From the NCBI GenBank assembly GCA_964106645.2, contig OZ067038.1: a stretch of DNA of 64,000 nucleotides, one strand, 5' to 3'. The DNA is from Podarcis pityusensis. Lineage: Eukaryota. The position numbers and the translations under genes were made by a program. The notes under the pieces were generated by a model. The model made no database searches and was not told the origin of the DNA. It was given only the letters and a program-made list of their open reading frames with translations. How positions within the stretch are numbered: position 1 is the first letter of the stretch; every line of letters begins with the position of its first letter. Of the stretch, positions 14,914-29,306 are shown in pieces.

Positions 14914-16704
14914 GGTGTAGATTTTTAAATAAATCTGGACATATGTTTTTGCATGTTGCGTGCCTCTATCTTGTTCAGTACTGAATCTGACACTGTTGTA
15001 ATAATATTATGATGTTTCCTTCTATAGGTAAGGAAGCAGAATAGTTTGTAAAAATATAGCCTACTGGCAGGCAGGTGAATAATTCTTTGTTTTAGTAGGC
15101 TTGTATTTTTGACTGAAGTTTTCAAAGCAGCTCACAATATTATAAAAATTCAATGAAGGATGCCAAAAGTTTTGTAACAAAATTTAGGCAAGTCAACTGG
15201 AGAAGGAGCAAGCTCCTGAAGTTTTTTTCTGTCTGCCTGCCTCCCCCTCTTCCTCCTGGAATCCTTCCCACATGGCAGATGGTGTTGTGGCAGGTGAGGG
15301 GACAGGCCAGTTGTTTGACTTTTGTATGCTTGACTGTCACAAGAAGACATTCTAAGGTGATGTCATAGGTCCATAAGCTTTCCATTGTGTGTCTGTATGT
15401 GTTTGATGGGTAGGGGATAGATAGGATTCAGTTTGGTTCCTTTGTTAGTGAGTTTTAATGATATCCTCAAAGAGAAAATAATTAGACACATTCATAACTA
15501 ACAGTTGTAATTGGGAGCTAATGTGTTGTACTGAAAAGACAAATGATGTATTCGGATCTTTTTAGGAATGCTACACAGCTAGAGAAAATCAATTTAGAGA
15601 ATTAAACGGAGACTAGCTGGCAACAATTAAGACTCTCAAATGCATTTTAGACACAGAATTGCTATTGTAATTCCATTATAGGTGAAGGGTAAGCATTGGC
15701 AGCTGAAGCATGGGGAAGCTGAAACAGGTAGTAAAGAAAGTTCAAATCACATGGCCAAATTCATGCTTCTTCTTTTTTTGCTAAATTTGAAACAATGTGT
15801 TGCCAGGTGATTTGTATTTATAGCCTTACATTACTTATGTAAATTAATTACAATTTTGTAGCTTGCAGAATACTTGCAGAATTTGAGGGTTTGGGAGAAA
15901 GCGTAGCTTCACTGTAGGGGTGAGAAATATGCGTCAGTGCAGAGTATGGGAAGAGGATACGTGGAAGAAACAGAATAGCTAGAAAGGACAAAGAATCCCT
16001 GTCTTTAGAGAACTCTGGAGATTTATTTATTTATTGTTTTGGCTTTGCAGACACTATATGTCAACATCCAACATGGCAGCCATGAGAGTTAGGAGCTTGG
16101 CATGTAGTACATAATCCACTTAATTTAGAGTTTTTCATTTGAGCATAGGGGACTGCTTCACAGTAAATAGCTTGTATATTTCAGCTTTATGTCTTCAGTG
16201 ACTGCTTGACAGTCTGAGGAATACACATTTGTATTAGAAGCGGGGTGTTGTCTTGTGCTTGTTTGGGAGCAAAAGCTCTTACTTAGCAGGCAAAAGCGGC
16301 TGCTGGCCAAGTAATGAAGCCAGATGTCTGTGGGAAGACCTGTGTGGCAGAAGAACCTGCCCCAGAAATTTCTGTTTTGCTGTCATATTTGATGCAAGGT
16401 GGGGTTTGCTCTTTCGTCACTGCCAAAATTGCCAGGACCTGAGCAGGCTTCACACATTGGATGAAAGTGGAAGATGTACATGTGGAAGCCTTCCTGTTCT
16501 GAGACTGTAAACCACTTTACAACTGTCAGCTTTCAAGATGTAAGGCCGACTTTATTTGAATATTGTTGTTTGCATCAACATTAGACATTCCAGGTATGCT
16601 CAGAAGCATACAGAGAATTGGGAACTTAGGAAGAGTGTTCAGCTTTAGCCAGTGCTTGCGTTCTCTTCCTGCCCAGCTTGGTTAGTGTGGGAACTGGGAT
16701 ATGT

Positions 16705-16929
16705 TTTATTTTATTATCTGTTTATTGCCTCTATAGCTCAACTTCCCTCCAAGGAGCTCAAGGTGGCATACACTGTTCTCTTACCCATTTTGTCTTCACA
16801 ACAACCCTGCAAGGTAAGCTAGACTGAGAGACAGTGATTGGCCAAAGATCACCAAGTGACCTTTATGGCTTTGTGAAGTTTTTAATCCTGGCCTGGCAGG
16901 TCACAGTCTAGCACCCTTAACCACTACAC
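16705..16929 (-). mobile_element. MIR/CORE-type SINE, interrupted at its 5' end by a hAT MITE
   Basis: cacaacaaccctgcaaggtaag...gagagacagtgattggccaaagatcacc...taaccactacacc is a CORE-like domain in reverse orientation. Confidence 0.7.
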
Positions 16930-17177
16930 CAGGGGTCAGCAAACTTTTTCAGCAGGGGGCCGGTCCACTGTCCCTCAGACTTTGTGGGGGCCGGACTATA
17001 TTTTCAGGGGGAAATGAACGAATTCCTATGCCCCACAAATAACCCAGAGATGCATTTTAGATAAAAGGACACATTCTACTCATGTAAAAACTTGCTGATT
17101 CCCGGACTGTCCGTGGGCCGGATTTAGAAGGCGATTGGGCCGGATCTGGGCCCCGGGCCTTAGTTTACCTACCCATG
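16930..17177 (+). mobile_element. hAT MITE family A, copy 1
   Basis: CAGGGGTCAGCAAACT...AGTTTACCTACCCATG; perfect 8-bp TSD cactacac. Confidence 0.92.
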
Positions 17178-20100
17178 CACTACACCATTAGCAGACAAGA
17201 AGATGGATGACGGTGGGGAAACTACCCGTGGCTGGATGTTCTTTGAAGCTCTCAAAAGAAGTGTTCGGCTTTCCCAAATGCAGCACAGCTCATTTCAAAT
17301 TGAGATGGGCTGATTTCACAGCACTCCTCTCTACATTAAACCAGTGGGATGTAAAGTGCCATTGATTTTGTTGAGGCTCAAGCATGCTTAATGTTTGCTG
17401 GTTTGTGCCTTTGAACCCTGTTGCTCTGTATTATGCCTTTTAAAACTGTTGATGAACAGTTGGATTTCATTTAATTAGCCAGACAGTCATGTGTCTCTTG
17501 AATATTCGTTGGACCAGGTTTTAAACTGCATTTGCAGAGCAATTTCATGATAAGCTTTTCTAATAGACGTGCATACTGAATAGCGAAAACAGCTTGATAG
17601 GGTTGTTCTCGAAATGATGACTTGACAGTATCTCATAGCAGTGGAATCCGGCTATCAATTGTGTGCTAATCCAGCTAAGTGGAGAGTCTTTCCTAGGAAA
17701 ATTCAGTAGTCATGTGAGCAAAATCATTGGTTGTAAAAATTGCTACCAGAAATGCAAACATCATTTTAATGTATCTAGATGCAAATATTATATGCATTTT
17801 TGGGTAATGAACAAACCGTATTTCTGGATTGCTTTATTTATTTACCAAAATTTATATACTTCTTGATTGTAAAAAAAAAAAAAAAACAGCTGCCCCCCCA
17901 AGTTTACAAAAATATAAAGCATTAAAATTATGAAAATCATCTTTAAATGTATTCAGTTATTCTTTTATAGATCAAATTGACCATTGATTAATAAATTGCA
18001 TTAGTGTGATTTTGTAAAAAATGGGATGCTTATTAGAGCATCCAATAAATTGAACTAATTTGTCTTCATAAAACAATGGGTCAGATATTGTAACCGTGGG
18101 GGATCTTCCACTAGGACTCCTGGCCCACAGTTGAAGGTGTGAAACAATTTTCCTGCATTCACTTATTGAAAGTGGCTGTAGTTGCTGGGCAGTGCAGGTT
18201 GAGCCCCGTGCAGTTGTATTTCCAGAAAAGGTGTGTGCATGTGCTCCCAACAAGCCCCTTCCCTAGCTTAAATTCAGGTTATCTTGAAGGCAGAATGGAG
18301 TAAAAAGCTGTTGGTAGTATTTCTTGCTACCTTTTTTTTTGAGTGTCAGTGAATATTTGAAATGAAAAATATGAGCTGTATGCCTGTCTCAGTATCACAC
18401 TGACTCCAAATCCTTTTCCTTTCTTTCTTTTAAATATATGTTTTATTGTTTTTCCAATATCGTTCCAATGACAGCCTCACTATAACAATACCAATTTTAT
18501 CCAATTAATACCATTATCAATGTCAATTATTCAAATGTCAAATTATACAATATAATTAAACTGAACCCCTCACATGCTAGAGTTGATGAGTTCATTCTTC
18601 TACATTTTTTCTGCATTCCAAAATTTTAATAATTTCCATTCCATTCCATTCAGATATAATAATCCCTTATATAACAGCTACAATTGTGATTTCAATTCAT
18701 GTTGGTATAATAGGTAATTTATAAAGTTTCAAGTGAGGAACTATGGCTGTAATTCTTATTCTTTTCTACCTCCTTTTTCACTGGAAGATGCTGTCCTTAA
18801 TCTCAGACATAAGAGGCTGATTGTGAGTAGTCTAGTGTAAGCTACTCTGCACATGAGCAGAGATTATTACTTCACGTTTTCAGGACTAAGCCATACATTG
18901 CAAATAGGTTCTGGTGTGCTCTAGCTCAAATGAAACAATCATTTTTTGTCTATTGGTTGGAAAACTTTGTTCTTCTAACTTAGTGTTTTGGATAATAAAA
19001 GTCAAAATGATTTTTGTGGGGAGGAAAACTGCATGCTCCTTACACTTGAAATGTTTTTCTGTTTGATTAGTTTTTTGGCAGTGGATGTGTAGGTGTAATC
19101 AGTACAGGAATTGAAAAACATGTCATGTGGTATGCTTACTTGCTAAATAAGAGACATGGAATCAATCTTGTCTGAATGAGAAACATACTAGAGGCCTCTT
19201 ACATGTAAGGTCTTCCCCACTCTATAGATGTGCAGAGAAAAGCTTTTTGTTTATTTACTGAGGAGACAGTGGCATTCTGCACACATGTATTAATCCTTTA
19301 ACAAAAGTTTGGTTCCTGCAGGCCTATGGGTAATCCAAGATGTTACTTTGTGGTGAAATCACGGACTGAGTGCACCTGTGTTATCTGGTATGAACTGGGC
19401 TCCAAAGCCACTATGGCAGCCCAGGTAATTGAAGGAAATGCCTTCGTGGTGAGAGAACACATTTCTCTCTCAGTTCTGGAAATTTACTGACAGCCCAGTA
19501 TCTGATTGGCTAACTTGGCCAACATTTTTTCTTGCTTGAGCCACATGTCTGTGCTGTTTTATTCCTGTGGTATGGTGTCATTGCCTTGCCACTAGACTAG
19601 AATAGCTAGATTTATTTTTCATTCTAACTTGCATTCTCCCCCTTCCTATTTTCCAACAGTATTCTTTTATTTGTACTTTTTCTAAGGTGTTTTTTTTTTG
19701 CATAATTTTTTAACCACCTCACATAAATTTGATGTGCTTTATTCTGGAAAAGGTGGGTCCTTAATTCCAGTGTTTTGGACTTCTTTAACTGCTACTGCAT
19801 AGCATATAAAGGAGGGTGCTGTGAGCTGCCAGGACCTAGGCATCCACATGAAAGTTGGTAGGATGACTGGTGTGAATGTTAGCTCACTCTGAGCAGTTTC
19901 TGCTTCTGAGCAATCTCTGCATTAAGTTAGATTCTTCCATAGTGGTTAATATATCAGCAGTGATTGACCGAAGAGTCTCATTTGTCTCTGGAAATGGGAT
20001 ATGTTTATGTAAGTAGCAGCTGCAGTGATGTGGAAGGGCCCTACAGCTAATTTGCCCACCCACCTGTGGTTCTGCCCTTTAAATATATACCATTCAATGT

Positions 20101-20253
20101 AGCTGTTAATTTGTGACACCTGTGAGCAAAACAAATGACTGAAACGAGAGATGTGTTTTGATTTACATCATGATTAACAAATTATCATGTTTTTATGGCA
20201 TAGATTCCTTTAATGATAGCATTTCATTGTGTTAAATGGATGGGAGCAGAGCG

Positions 20254-20473
20254 CAGTGGACCCTCCAGATACAAACTTAATTCATCCTGGGGGTCTGTAC
20301 TTACCCCGAAAAGTCCGTATCCAGAGGCGCTGCTTTTGTGCATGCGCACTGCACGATAGAGCGCTTCTGAGCATGCGTGCACGGCGAAACCCGGAAGTAT
20401 ACACTTCTGGGTTTGCCGCATTCGCAACCCAAAATTACGTTACCCGAAGGTAACATAACCCAAGGTACCACTG
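20254..20473. mobile_element. Tc1/mariner MITE (CpG-rich ETS/NRF1-motif family)
   Basis: CAGTGGACCCTC...AGGTACCACTG-TA; internal ccggaagt/acttctggg inverted pair. Confidence 0.75.
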
Positions 20474-21496
20474 TATATTCTAGTACATACTAGTGGACGT
20501 TTGCATTCTGCATTAAATCTACTGTGAAAATGAATTATTAGCTTGGTGGCAAGGTACGGAGGATGCCTTAACCTAACTTACTCACTGGCAGTAGAAGCAA
20601 ACATGGACCCACAGATGTTGGCTTACCTTAATAGCCAACCAACAGTTTGTGTTGCCAGAACCCACTGCAAAGGGCAGGGTTGTGTCCCTGAGCTTGTGCT
20701 GCACTTCTCTCTTCTCTAAACTCATCTGCTTTTAGACGGCTTATCTGAGGCACTAACAGTACCTTAAAGGTACAGTGAAACACAGAAGGGCCACAAACCG
20801 CCTCCCAAACAGGGAGCTGGAGCTGGTGGTGAGTGATCATTCCTCCAGTTGTGCTGTATATTTTAAGCTGCTGTAAGAGCTTCAGCAACGCAGTGTGGCA
20901 AACCTAAGATCCAGCTCTCCTCATTGAGTAGGTGATGTTGGAATGATTTCTGCACTTGCAATGCAAGCATGTTGGTTTTGCCTCAGAAGCACAGAGCTGG
21001 GAAATGAACAGGGTATCATCCCCATGGTTGTATTGAGAGGTTCCAAGTGCCATGCAGGGGCACTTGGACAAGTTCAGAGGACAAGTTTCAGCCCTCCTGT
21101 TGAGCTTGTGGCAAGGGAGGGAGGGAAGATCACCATTCCATTGTGTTGTGCTTCAAAAGCTCTTTGAGTATCTCTCTGATCAAAAACAGAATAGCGATTT
21201 ACCCATCCCGAGTATACTTCTTGCACCCCAAACACAAAAACAAACCAGTATTTGGGGGGATGGATGGGAATGCACACAGCTGTTTCATTTATCCCTTTTT
21301 TTGAAAAAAATAAAAATAGTGTGCTTAATGAGCATCTTTTAACTTTTGTTTGGTTTTGCATAAGAAAAAATTAAATTTGTGCCAAAGGTTTGTTTAGGCT
21401 CCACCCAGCATAATTCAGTTTTTAGGCTTAGTTTTGTTCAGTCATAACGACTAAACTTTGTTTCACCAGTTGTCTCTTAAGAGACATACAATGTAC

Positions 21497-21559
21497 ACAA
21501 TTAAAATATCATGTAATTGGTACAATTAAAATATCATGTAATTGGTACAATTAAAATAT
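21497..21559. repeat. 25-bp tandem repeat x2.5 (acaattaaaatatcatgtaattggt)
   Basis: Exact tandem copies. Confidence 0.9.
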
Positions 21560-22789
21560 TGTACATAAGAGGTACTATAGATATTTATACCTTAATATAG
21601 ATCTGATGAGTAGATTAAGCCATCATGCATTGTGAACATTCAGGGCCAAATTATTGTAACAATATTGTGAGTGTCAAAACATTTATAAATCATGTTACAC
21701 ATATTCCAAAGCAAATTGTTGTTGTATTAGCTCTGTAATGTGGCATAGTTGTCTTACAAATATTAGTATCTCAGTTGCAGCTAGGCATGGTGTTCTGCTT
21801 TCTTTATTTACTAAAAGCAAAACGTTGGAAAGGATTTGCCAAGAATTCGTTATTAATTTGAAATCTGATTTACTATCTGGTTGGTCAGTCTTTTAAGTTT
21901 CTCCTGAGTTACTGAGTATAAAAACCTGTAACAGCTTCTGCAATCATGACATGAGATACTTCTAATGTGGTCCTCAGAACTAAAACACCCCCCTTTCTAA
22001 AGTAGTGCCTTGCTGAAGTGTCTGCTAAAAATAGTCATTCCATCACTTCAGAAATATTTGAGCTATTTAAATTCAACATGTAAAAATACCACAATAAAGA
22101 GATTTTGCTGCTACCATTTTTGGCTTTTGATGGGAATCTTCTTCAGCATGATTGTCATGCCATTTTAGGAAATGAAACAGGTTTTAAATATATAGAGTCT
22201 GTAGTGCATTATACTTTTCTGGAAGGCATGTGACTTTGAAGTTCTCTGAATTAACAGCTGTCTTTGGTAGTCTTCCTGACTTTAAGCTGCTTGAAGGATC
22301 ATTTTTATTTTTATGGCACCCAACTGAAATGTCAGCCAGACCACATTGAAAATGCAGTTTTTACTTATTCCATTATTAGCAATAAGTTCCTGGCTACATA
22401 TTAATGAGAATTCACTTGTTTCTTTGAACTTTTTTCCTTCTGTTTGTATTATCCAACAAAGGGTTGACATTCAGAATTTGTAGATTCATGGAAACAATGC
22501 TGCACTTTTTATAGCTTTCATTAATTTCACTTTTCTGATCACATCAGGCAGTTTTCCTTCCTATACTAATTTTTCAGTTGGATTTATAGTCTGCAATTTT
22601 AAAGTCTTGAATTGATTTACCGAAAAATACAATCAGATGGGCAATGGATGAATATTCTGTGTTACAAAATAGGCACATGTTTGGATCTAAATATTTCATG
22701 GCACATGTGGAATCTCCCCTGCTCCAACCCATGTGGGTGTTATGGAGTCAGTTATTAGGGAGGAAATTCCCTGGGCTCAACCATTATTA

Positions 22790-23045
22790 CCATATTGGCT
22801 TGCAGATAAGCCGCACTTTTTTTTCCAAATTCTGACTGTGAAAAGTTAAATTCTCAACCTTACAAAAATTGGCTTTTACAATATCGCTGCTGAAACAGGC
22901 ATATGGTAAAACGGAACAGGTGTGAGTGCCTGCGGAATTTTAAAGGAGTGACTTATATTTGGGTATTGTCTTTTCTTCTTCTTCCCCCTTGAATTTTAAA
23001 GGTGCGAGTTGTTTACAGGCGTGGCTTAAATTTGGGCCAATACGG
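22790..23045. mobile_element. Tc1/mariner (pogo/Tigger-like) non-autonomous element
   Basis: TA-CCATATTGGC ... GCCAATACGG-TA terminal inverted repeats; subterminal ataagccgcac / gcgtggctta. Confidence 0.7.
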
Positions 23046-23189
23046 TATATGAGGAAAAATTAAATTCACAGTCTTTCTGGGCTTTGTATGTAGCCATTAT
23101 GGATGTTCAGAATGAATTGGTTCCACTGTAACACACTGACCTGGTGTGCACACAATGAATCATTAGGAAAGGGCTTGAAAATAATATTG

Positions 23190-23872
23190 TTAATACCATA
23201 ATGTCATCATATAAATCTGTGATATGGAACTGCACTTGAATACTGTGTATGGTTCTGGTTGCCGCGTCTCAAAAATGGTTTTCAGAGAGCTCAGAAAGGT
23301 TCAGAAAAGGGCCGTGAAAATAATGAAGAGCTTGGAGGATCTCACCAAGAGGTTTGGATAGGTGGATAGGTCTCTACCATAATACTAAAACCTGGGGGCA
23401 TCCAATGAAGATGACTGTTAGGAGATTCAGAACAGAAAATCAAAAGTGCTTCTTCACACAGCACATATTTAAACTCTGAAATTCATTAACACAGAATGTA
23501 AGAGGGAACTAGACATATCGATGGCGAATCAGACTTATCAATAGCTACTAGCCATGATGGCTGTGTAGAGGTGATCTGCCTCTGAATACTAGTTGTTGGG
23601 CATATCATGTATGGAGAAGGCTATAGCACTCAGGCCCTGCTTGCAGGTTTCTCATAGGCATCTTGTTGCCCACCAGGATACAGATGACTCCCCATTTACG
23701 TGGGGGTTACGTTTGGAACCCCCCTGTGAAATAGCATAGAATGGGGAGTGACCTGTATCGGCTCAGCTGGGCAAACCACACTGTCCCTCCAGCTCGCAAA
23801 ATGCGTAAACGAAGAGTTGCCTGTCTTGGATTAGATGAGCTTTGTCTGATCCAGCACAGCTGTTCTTATGTA
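23190..23872 (+). mobile_element. CR1 LINE 3' end with a nested mariner-like MITE at 23681-23823
   Basis: cacttgaatactgtgtatggttctgg (HLEYCV.FW) and gaaaggttcagaaaagggc; tail tctgatccagcacagctgttcttatg resumes after an insert with imperfect TIR CAGATGACTCCCCATTTACG / CGTAAACGAAGAGTTGCCTG. Confidence 0.75.
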
Positions 23873-24537
23873 AGCCATGGTTTATTTAGCAAGTGTGGTT
23901 TCTTTCTGTCCTAGTTCATCAGCCTAACCATGGGACACACACATTTTATAATCAAGCTTCTGCCCAATAAAGAAAAAGTGCTACACTTCACAGTCAACAA
24001 AACATCTGGATTCGTGCAAATGTTAGGAACAAAGGCTAAATAATAAATTTAATTGATGTATAAATAATAAATTCAGTAATTGTTGGGAATGGGTGAACTG
24101 TAAATTTAAATAAATATTTATGGCCTAACCTTGTGCCCATGATGCATTGTTGAATATGCTTTAGAATCCCTTTACTTTGGTTTTCAGTTAATTTTTTTAC
24201 TAAACTTTTAATGCTAGCACACACTTGAAGAGCATGTCTCCATAGATACTGCTATGTGCAAAGTAAAGCACAATGCAAGTTCTCACACACATTCAGGTGA
24301 AAAATAAAGCACTGTGTGAATTTACTACAGAATAAGTGTCAACTTTTTTGTGTTTGCAGTAAAAATAGCCTAGACACTGAAAGCCGCAACTGGTAAAGTA
24401 TGATGAAGCAGAATAACATATAATTTGTAGATTCCATGGCACATAACTAGTATGGTCTGCATGGGAAGATGGGGGATTTAATAAGAACAGTTTACCTTAC
24501 AGAAAAACAAAGTTATTTGACTTTTACAATTATTTAA

Positions 24538-24756
<219 letters not shown>

Positions 24757-24973
24757 TGATGATCTGAGATACTTTTATCTGTTTAAGTCTGCAGTTTACT
24801 CAGTTGGAGTTCAGAGTTCATTGATTTTGTCATATGATTTTGAACAGACGAAATAATTGTGCACCAATATTTAAAAACACCAAGAAAATGGTTTTAAAAA
24901 CTCCCTTTGAGTCAAGATCTTGAAGCTTAAGCAGAATAATGCTGGTGCGGGCATTCAAAATGATAACTGTATA

Positions 24974-25341
24974 CACTACGATTGCACCTTGTGCGCGATT
25001 TCAACCTTGTGTGGTTGAAAGCTGGTTGGTTGAAATCCCGCAAATTAATTGCAAAGAGCTTAAAAGCTTCTTTTTCACTCGATTTTCCCAGTGTGGAAAG
25101 AGCTTTTAAGTTCTCAGAATTTCTTACTCGGTTCTGGGATGTTCTTGCAAGAACTCAAATGGCCATGTGAGATCTTGCAAGAGCCCACACAAGAGCATCC
25201 CAGAGCCTACTAAGCAGGCAGAGAGTGTAAAAGCTTACTTGGAAGGTAAGGGTGGTCCCAAGGGGGCAGCTCAGGTATAAACTCTTTTGCATGTACGCAC
25301 CATCCCTGGAAGTAACCACCACTCAAGACGCAATCGTACAG
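24974..25341. mobile_element. Probable non-autonomous DNA transposon filling over half of HIPK3 intron 3
   Basis: Imperfect TIR tacgattgcaccttg / caagacgcaatcgta, TA at left end, internal inverted segments (tcttgcaaga). Confidence 0.55.
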
Positions 25342-25372
25342 CAATGTGTTTGTAAAACTCGCACTTCTTTGA

Positions 25373-25612
<240 letters not shown>

Positions 25613-26186
25613 TGAACACATGGTTGGTCTGTATTGGTGGCTGATTGGAAGAAGCAGTCTTGTGGGAAGGGCCTAGGAAGCACATCCCTCTGTGTTGGCA
25701 CACTGCCTTCCTGCCAGTTGTGCTTCAGGCAAAGATAGAACTCGATTGGCTCTCTTCACAACTGCAGCTTTAGGATCCTTATTTCATCAGCCTTCCTCAC
25801 TTGTCCTCTGATGTCATCACATAGCAAAAACTGATTGGCTGTATGGTCATGTCACTATTACTCTGCAGAAGAGTTATCTTGCAAACAAAGTGGTATTAAG
25901 GGTTGCAGATTGTCAGGAAAATGTAAGGTTGCCAAGGGGAAGGGGACTACAAAATGTTTTGGCTTCTTCCTTCATACTGAAGGAGAACATTTGGATCAAC
26001 TCTAGGAACTAAGGTAAATGGCATAGCTGATTAAAGTGAGTTGCCCCGCACACCTCTCTTAGACATAGAACATTTCCATTTCCAAGGCCATATTTTTATA
26101 GCAATAAACAGAAAACACAGTGATGCCTGCTGTAGGTTGCTATTGCTTTGTGCCGCAGAATGATTTCCTCCCCGGTATATTAATAA

Positions 26187-26324
<138 letters not shown>

Positions 26325-27648
26325 TAATGTATACAGTTTGTGTGTTTTTTAATGTATTAGCTACCATTTGTGACTAGCTACCTCTAATTTCACTTGTAGG
26401 AATTGCTCCCCTGTATCTACTTTCAAGATTTTCCCTTTATTTTAATTTGGGAGTTTGTTTACTTTAAAATACCCAATGTCTTTATATCCATACTCATCCA
26501 TGGTAGCTTCACTAGAAATTCATGGAGTTGCTTTCCCAATATGACAGTTTTTGTTTATTTATAAAGCATCACCTCTTTAAAAGTTTCAATCTCCTTTCTG
26601 CTGCATGCCAGTTCCACCTGCATGGGAAATATCCCCCCCCTCCAATTTCAATGAATAGTGTTACAACCTAGTGACTACATGGGCCTCCAAAGGTTTGTAA
26701 AGCTAGGTAATTAAAAATAACACTTGACATTTGGTGGTTTCCTTTATTTTACTAGGTTTTTTTTAAATGAACTGTTCATAGTCCACAAGTTGGCTTGTTT
26801 TGAAACTTCCAGAGTTTATCCCAGGCTTACATGTAGTGACAAACCAGAAAATGAAATTTAACTGTGGTGAAGTTCTGTTCCCAGCCACATGGAATGTAGA
26901 GAACCATGACAGACTGAAGCATTACATAGGCTCCTTTCTGTTTGTGCATGTAGCACTAAATTATGGCTTAGCATTCCAGGCCGAATTCATGAATGAATCC
27001 CACTAGCGGAAGCCGGTGCAATATTGTCTACCAGTGCAGCAGAGCTTTGTGCCCCAAATTGACTTGGGGAATTGAGGGAACCCCCCAGAAAACTGCATAG
27101 GATGAAGAGAATAGAGGCTTGTGCTGACAGAAAAAAATCCTTTGTGCTACATTGAATTCTTCCCTTTGTGTGAATGCAGCCATTTAGGTTCTAACCATAT
27201 TTTACAAATACAGTAGTTAGTTAAGTTGATATTTAGCCTGTACTCTGCAGCACGGTTGTTTCTTTAATAGTACCCTTTTAAATGTTCTTATATATATATA
27301 AAAACATGTTTTGAGGCTTGCTGACATTTCCATCTCCCCTTCCCCTAAAGCTTGTACCACTTCTTTCTATCATCCAGGACTTTTCAAAGTAGAAGGGCAC
27401 ATAGAATGAGGTTTTGCTTGCAATGTAATTAAAAATTGCACTTCTTATGCTGCCACTGATAATTGTTTATATAGTGTTGTTTTACTGCTATTTGTTTTAT
27501 TGTGGAATTTAATTATGATTTTGTGGTCATTTATATTTTTATACAAAGCTGCCTTGAGTTTAATAATATCTTGAAAGGCAGGATATAAATATTTGAATGA
27601 AAATGTTGTTATTGATGAATGATAAACGCCTGATTGTTTTCACTCTGA

Positions 27649-27864
<216 letters not shown>

Positions 27865-29146
27865 TAACACACTTGTAAAAGTAATCATGGGCAAGCCTTT
27901 TTGAAAGGGTTCCATGCTACCCATGCTGCTATGTTTGCTGTAGTTCCTGTGCCTTTTGATTCTGGGCCACATTCTCCTGGTTAGTGCAGATTACAACAGA
28001 ACCAGGGTTTCAGTAGCTATGGCTTTTCCCCATACACAAGCATTAGTTAGTCTCGGTTGCTATGTTGCCTGTTGCTGGTGTGCTGCTTTATATTAGAACT
28101 AGAAAATAAAGGATAACTGAATCCAGGAATTATTTTGAATTACCACAGCCAGCCACACACATTCATAGTCACAAATAAAAAGACAAAACACTAGCTGGCA
28201 AGCGTTTTATTCTTATTCTTTTACTATCTTTTTGGAACAGAAAAGAAAATACAAGGAAAATTCACCAAACAAACCATACAGAAAGTACACAGAAAGTTGA
28301 ATAATACTGTAGTGACTGCCAGATCTCAGATGAATCCAACACACGAAAGATGCATAACAGTTGCTAGGGGAAAAGGAGGGACATCCTATGGAAATGGCGA
28401 GGACTAGAAAATAAGAGAGAAGCAGGAAAAGTGTACTAATGGAGATAGGAAAACAGACAACTCACTTACCAATCACAGCTCTCACTTCTCCCATTGGCTT
28501 AAAACACTTGACAGGCAGGAGCAACCGTCCAGACAGAAATTGCTTAGAAGAGTACCTGCACATTTTATTACATGACATTCTTTCTAGGAGGATTGCAGAA
28601 TTACTTTAAAACAAAAGAGAAAGAAAGCTCAGAATCTGGGGACCCTGCTGGGGGGCTACAGTGAATGCCTTTGTAAGCACTGGGTTGGCAGCCCCCTGGC
28701 TTAGAGTGTCCTCTGGCCCAGGCATCTTGCTTCTCCTTTCTTTCTTAACCACAGTCTACAGCCAGTGTTTGTTCTTGGCTTTAGGTCATGGTTAGGGAGA
28801 AGAGAGCTTAATTCTGTTCCTGGATTCAGGCAGCTAAACTTTGACTAAGCTGCCACACTGCACTGATTTAAAAGGCTGTGGGAGGGGCAAAGTGGGCATC
28901 AGCTTCTCTTTGGGAGCCAGCACATTTGCATGTTCCTGGTAAGCTGTAGTGTGGCTAAACCATAACCAGGTCAATGAGAGTAAAAAACTTGTGTGCCCCC
29001 CCCCCCCAATTGAGACTGAGGTTTTAACCTGTTTAGTCTCTACGGAAAATAGTCTGGGCCAGTCCTGGGATTGTTATAGTGGGTTTTTGTGGGTTGCCGT
29101 CACTTACTTTCCTCCACAACTCATTCTTTCTTCTCTTTGCCATCAG

Positions 29147-29306
29147 AGTGAAATCCTGTTTTCATATCATGGACATTTGCAAGTACCGATCAAATTCATA
29201 TGATACAAATAATCGCAATAAAACAGTGCACCTGAGACCAATTGCTTCAGGTAATGCACCAAATCTCTCAGCTAATTTTGCCAAGATTGGTGCAGTACGA
29301 AGTCAG
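29147..29306 (+). CDS. HIPK3: HIPK3 exon 7 (VKSCFHIMD...AVRSQ)
   Basis: catcag|A...CAG|gtaagt; 160 nt. Confidence 0.95.

Noticed and set aside
17605-17720. Intronic C/D snoRNA (ATGATGA box C)
   Set aside because: No CTGA box D at a suitable distance and no terminal stem.
21497-21559. CRISPR-like repeat
   Set aside because: No spacers, eukaryotic intron; a simple tandem duplication.
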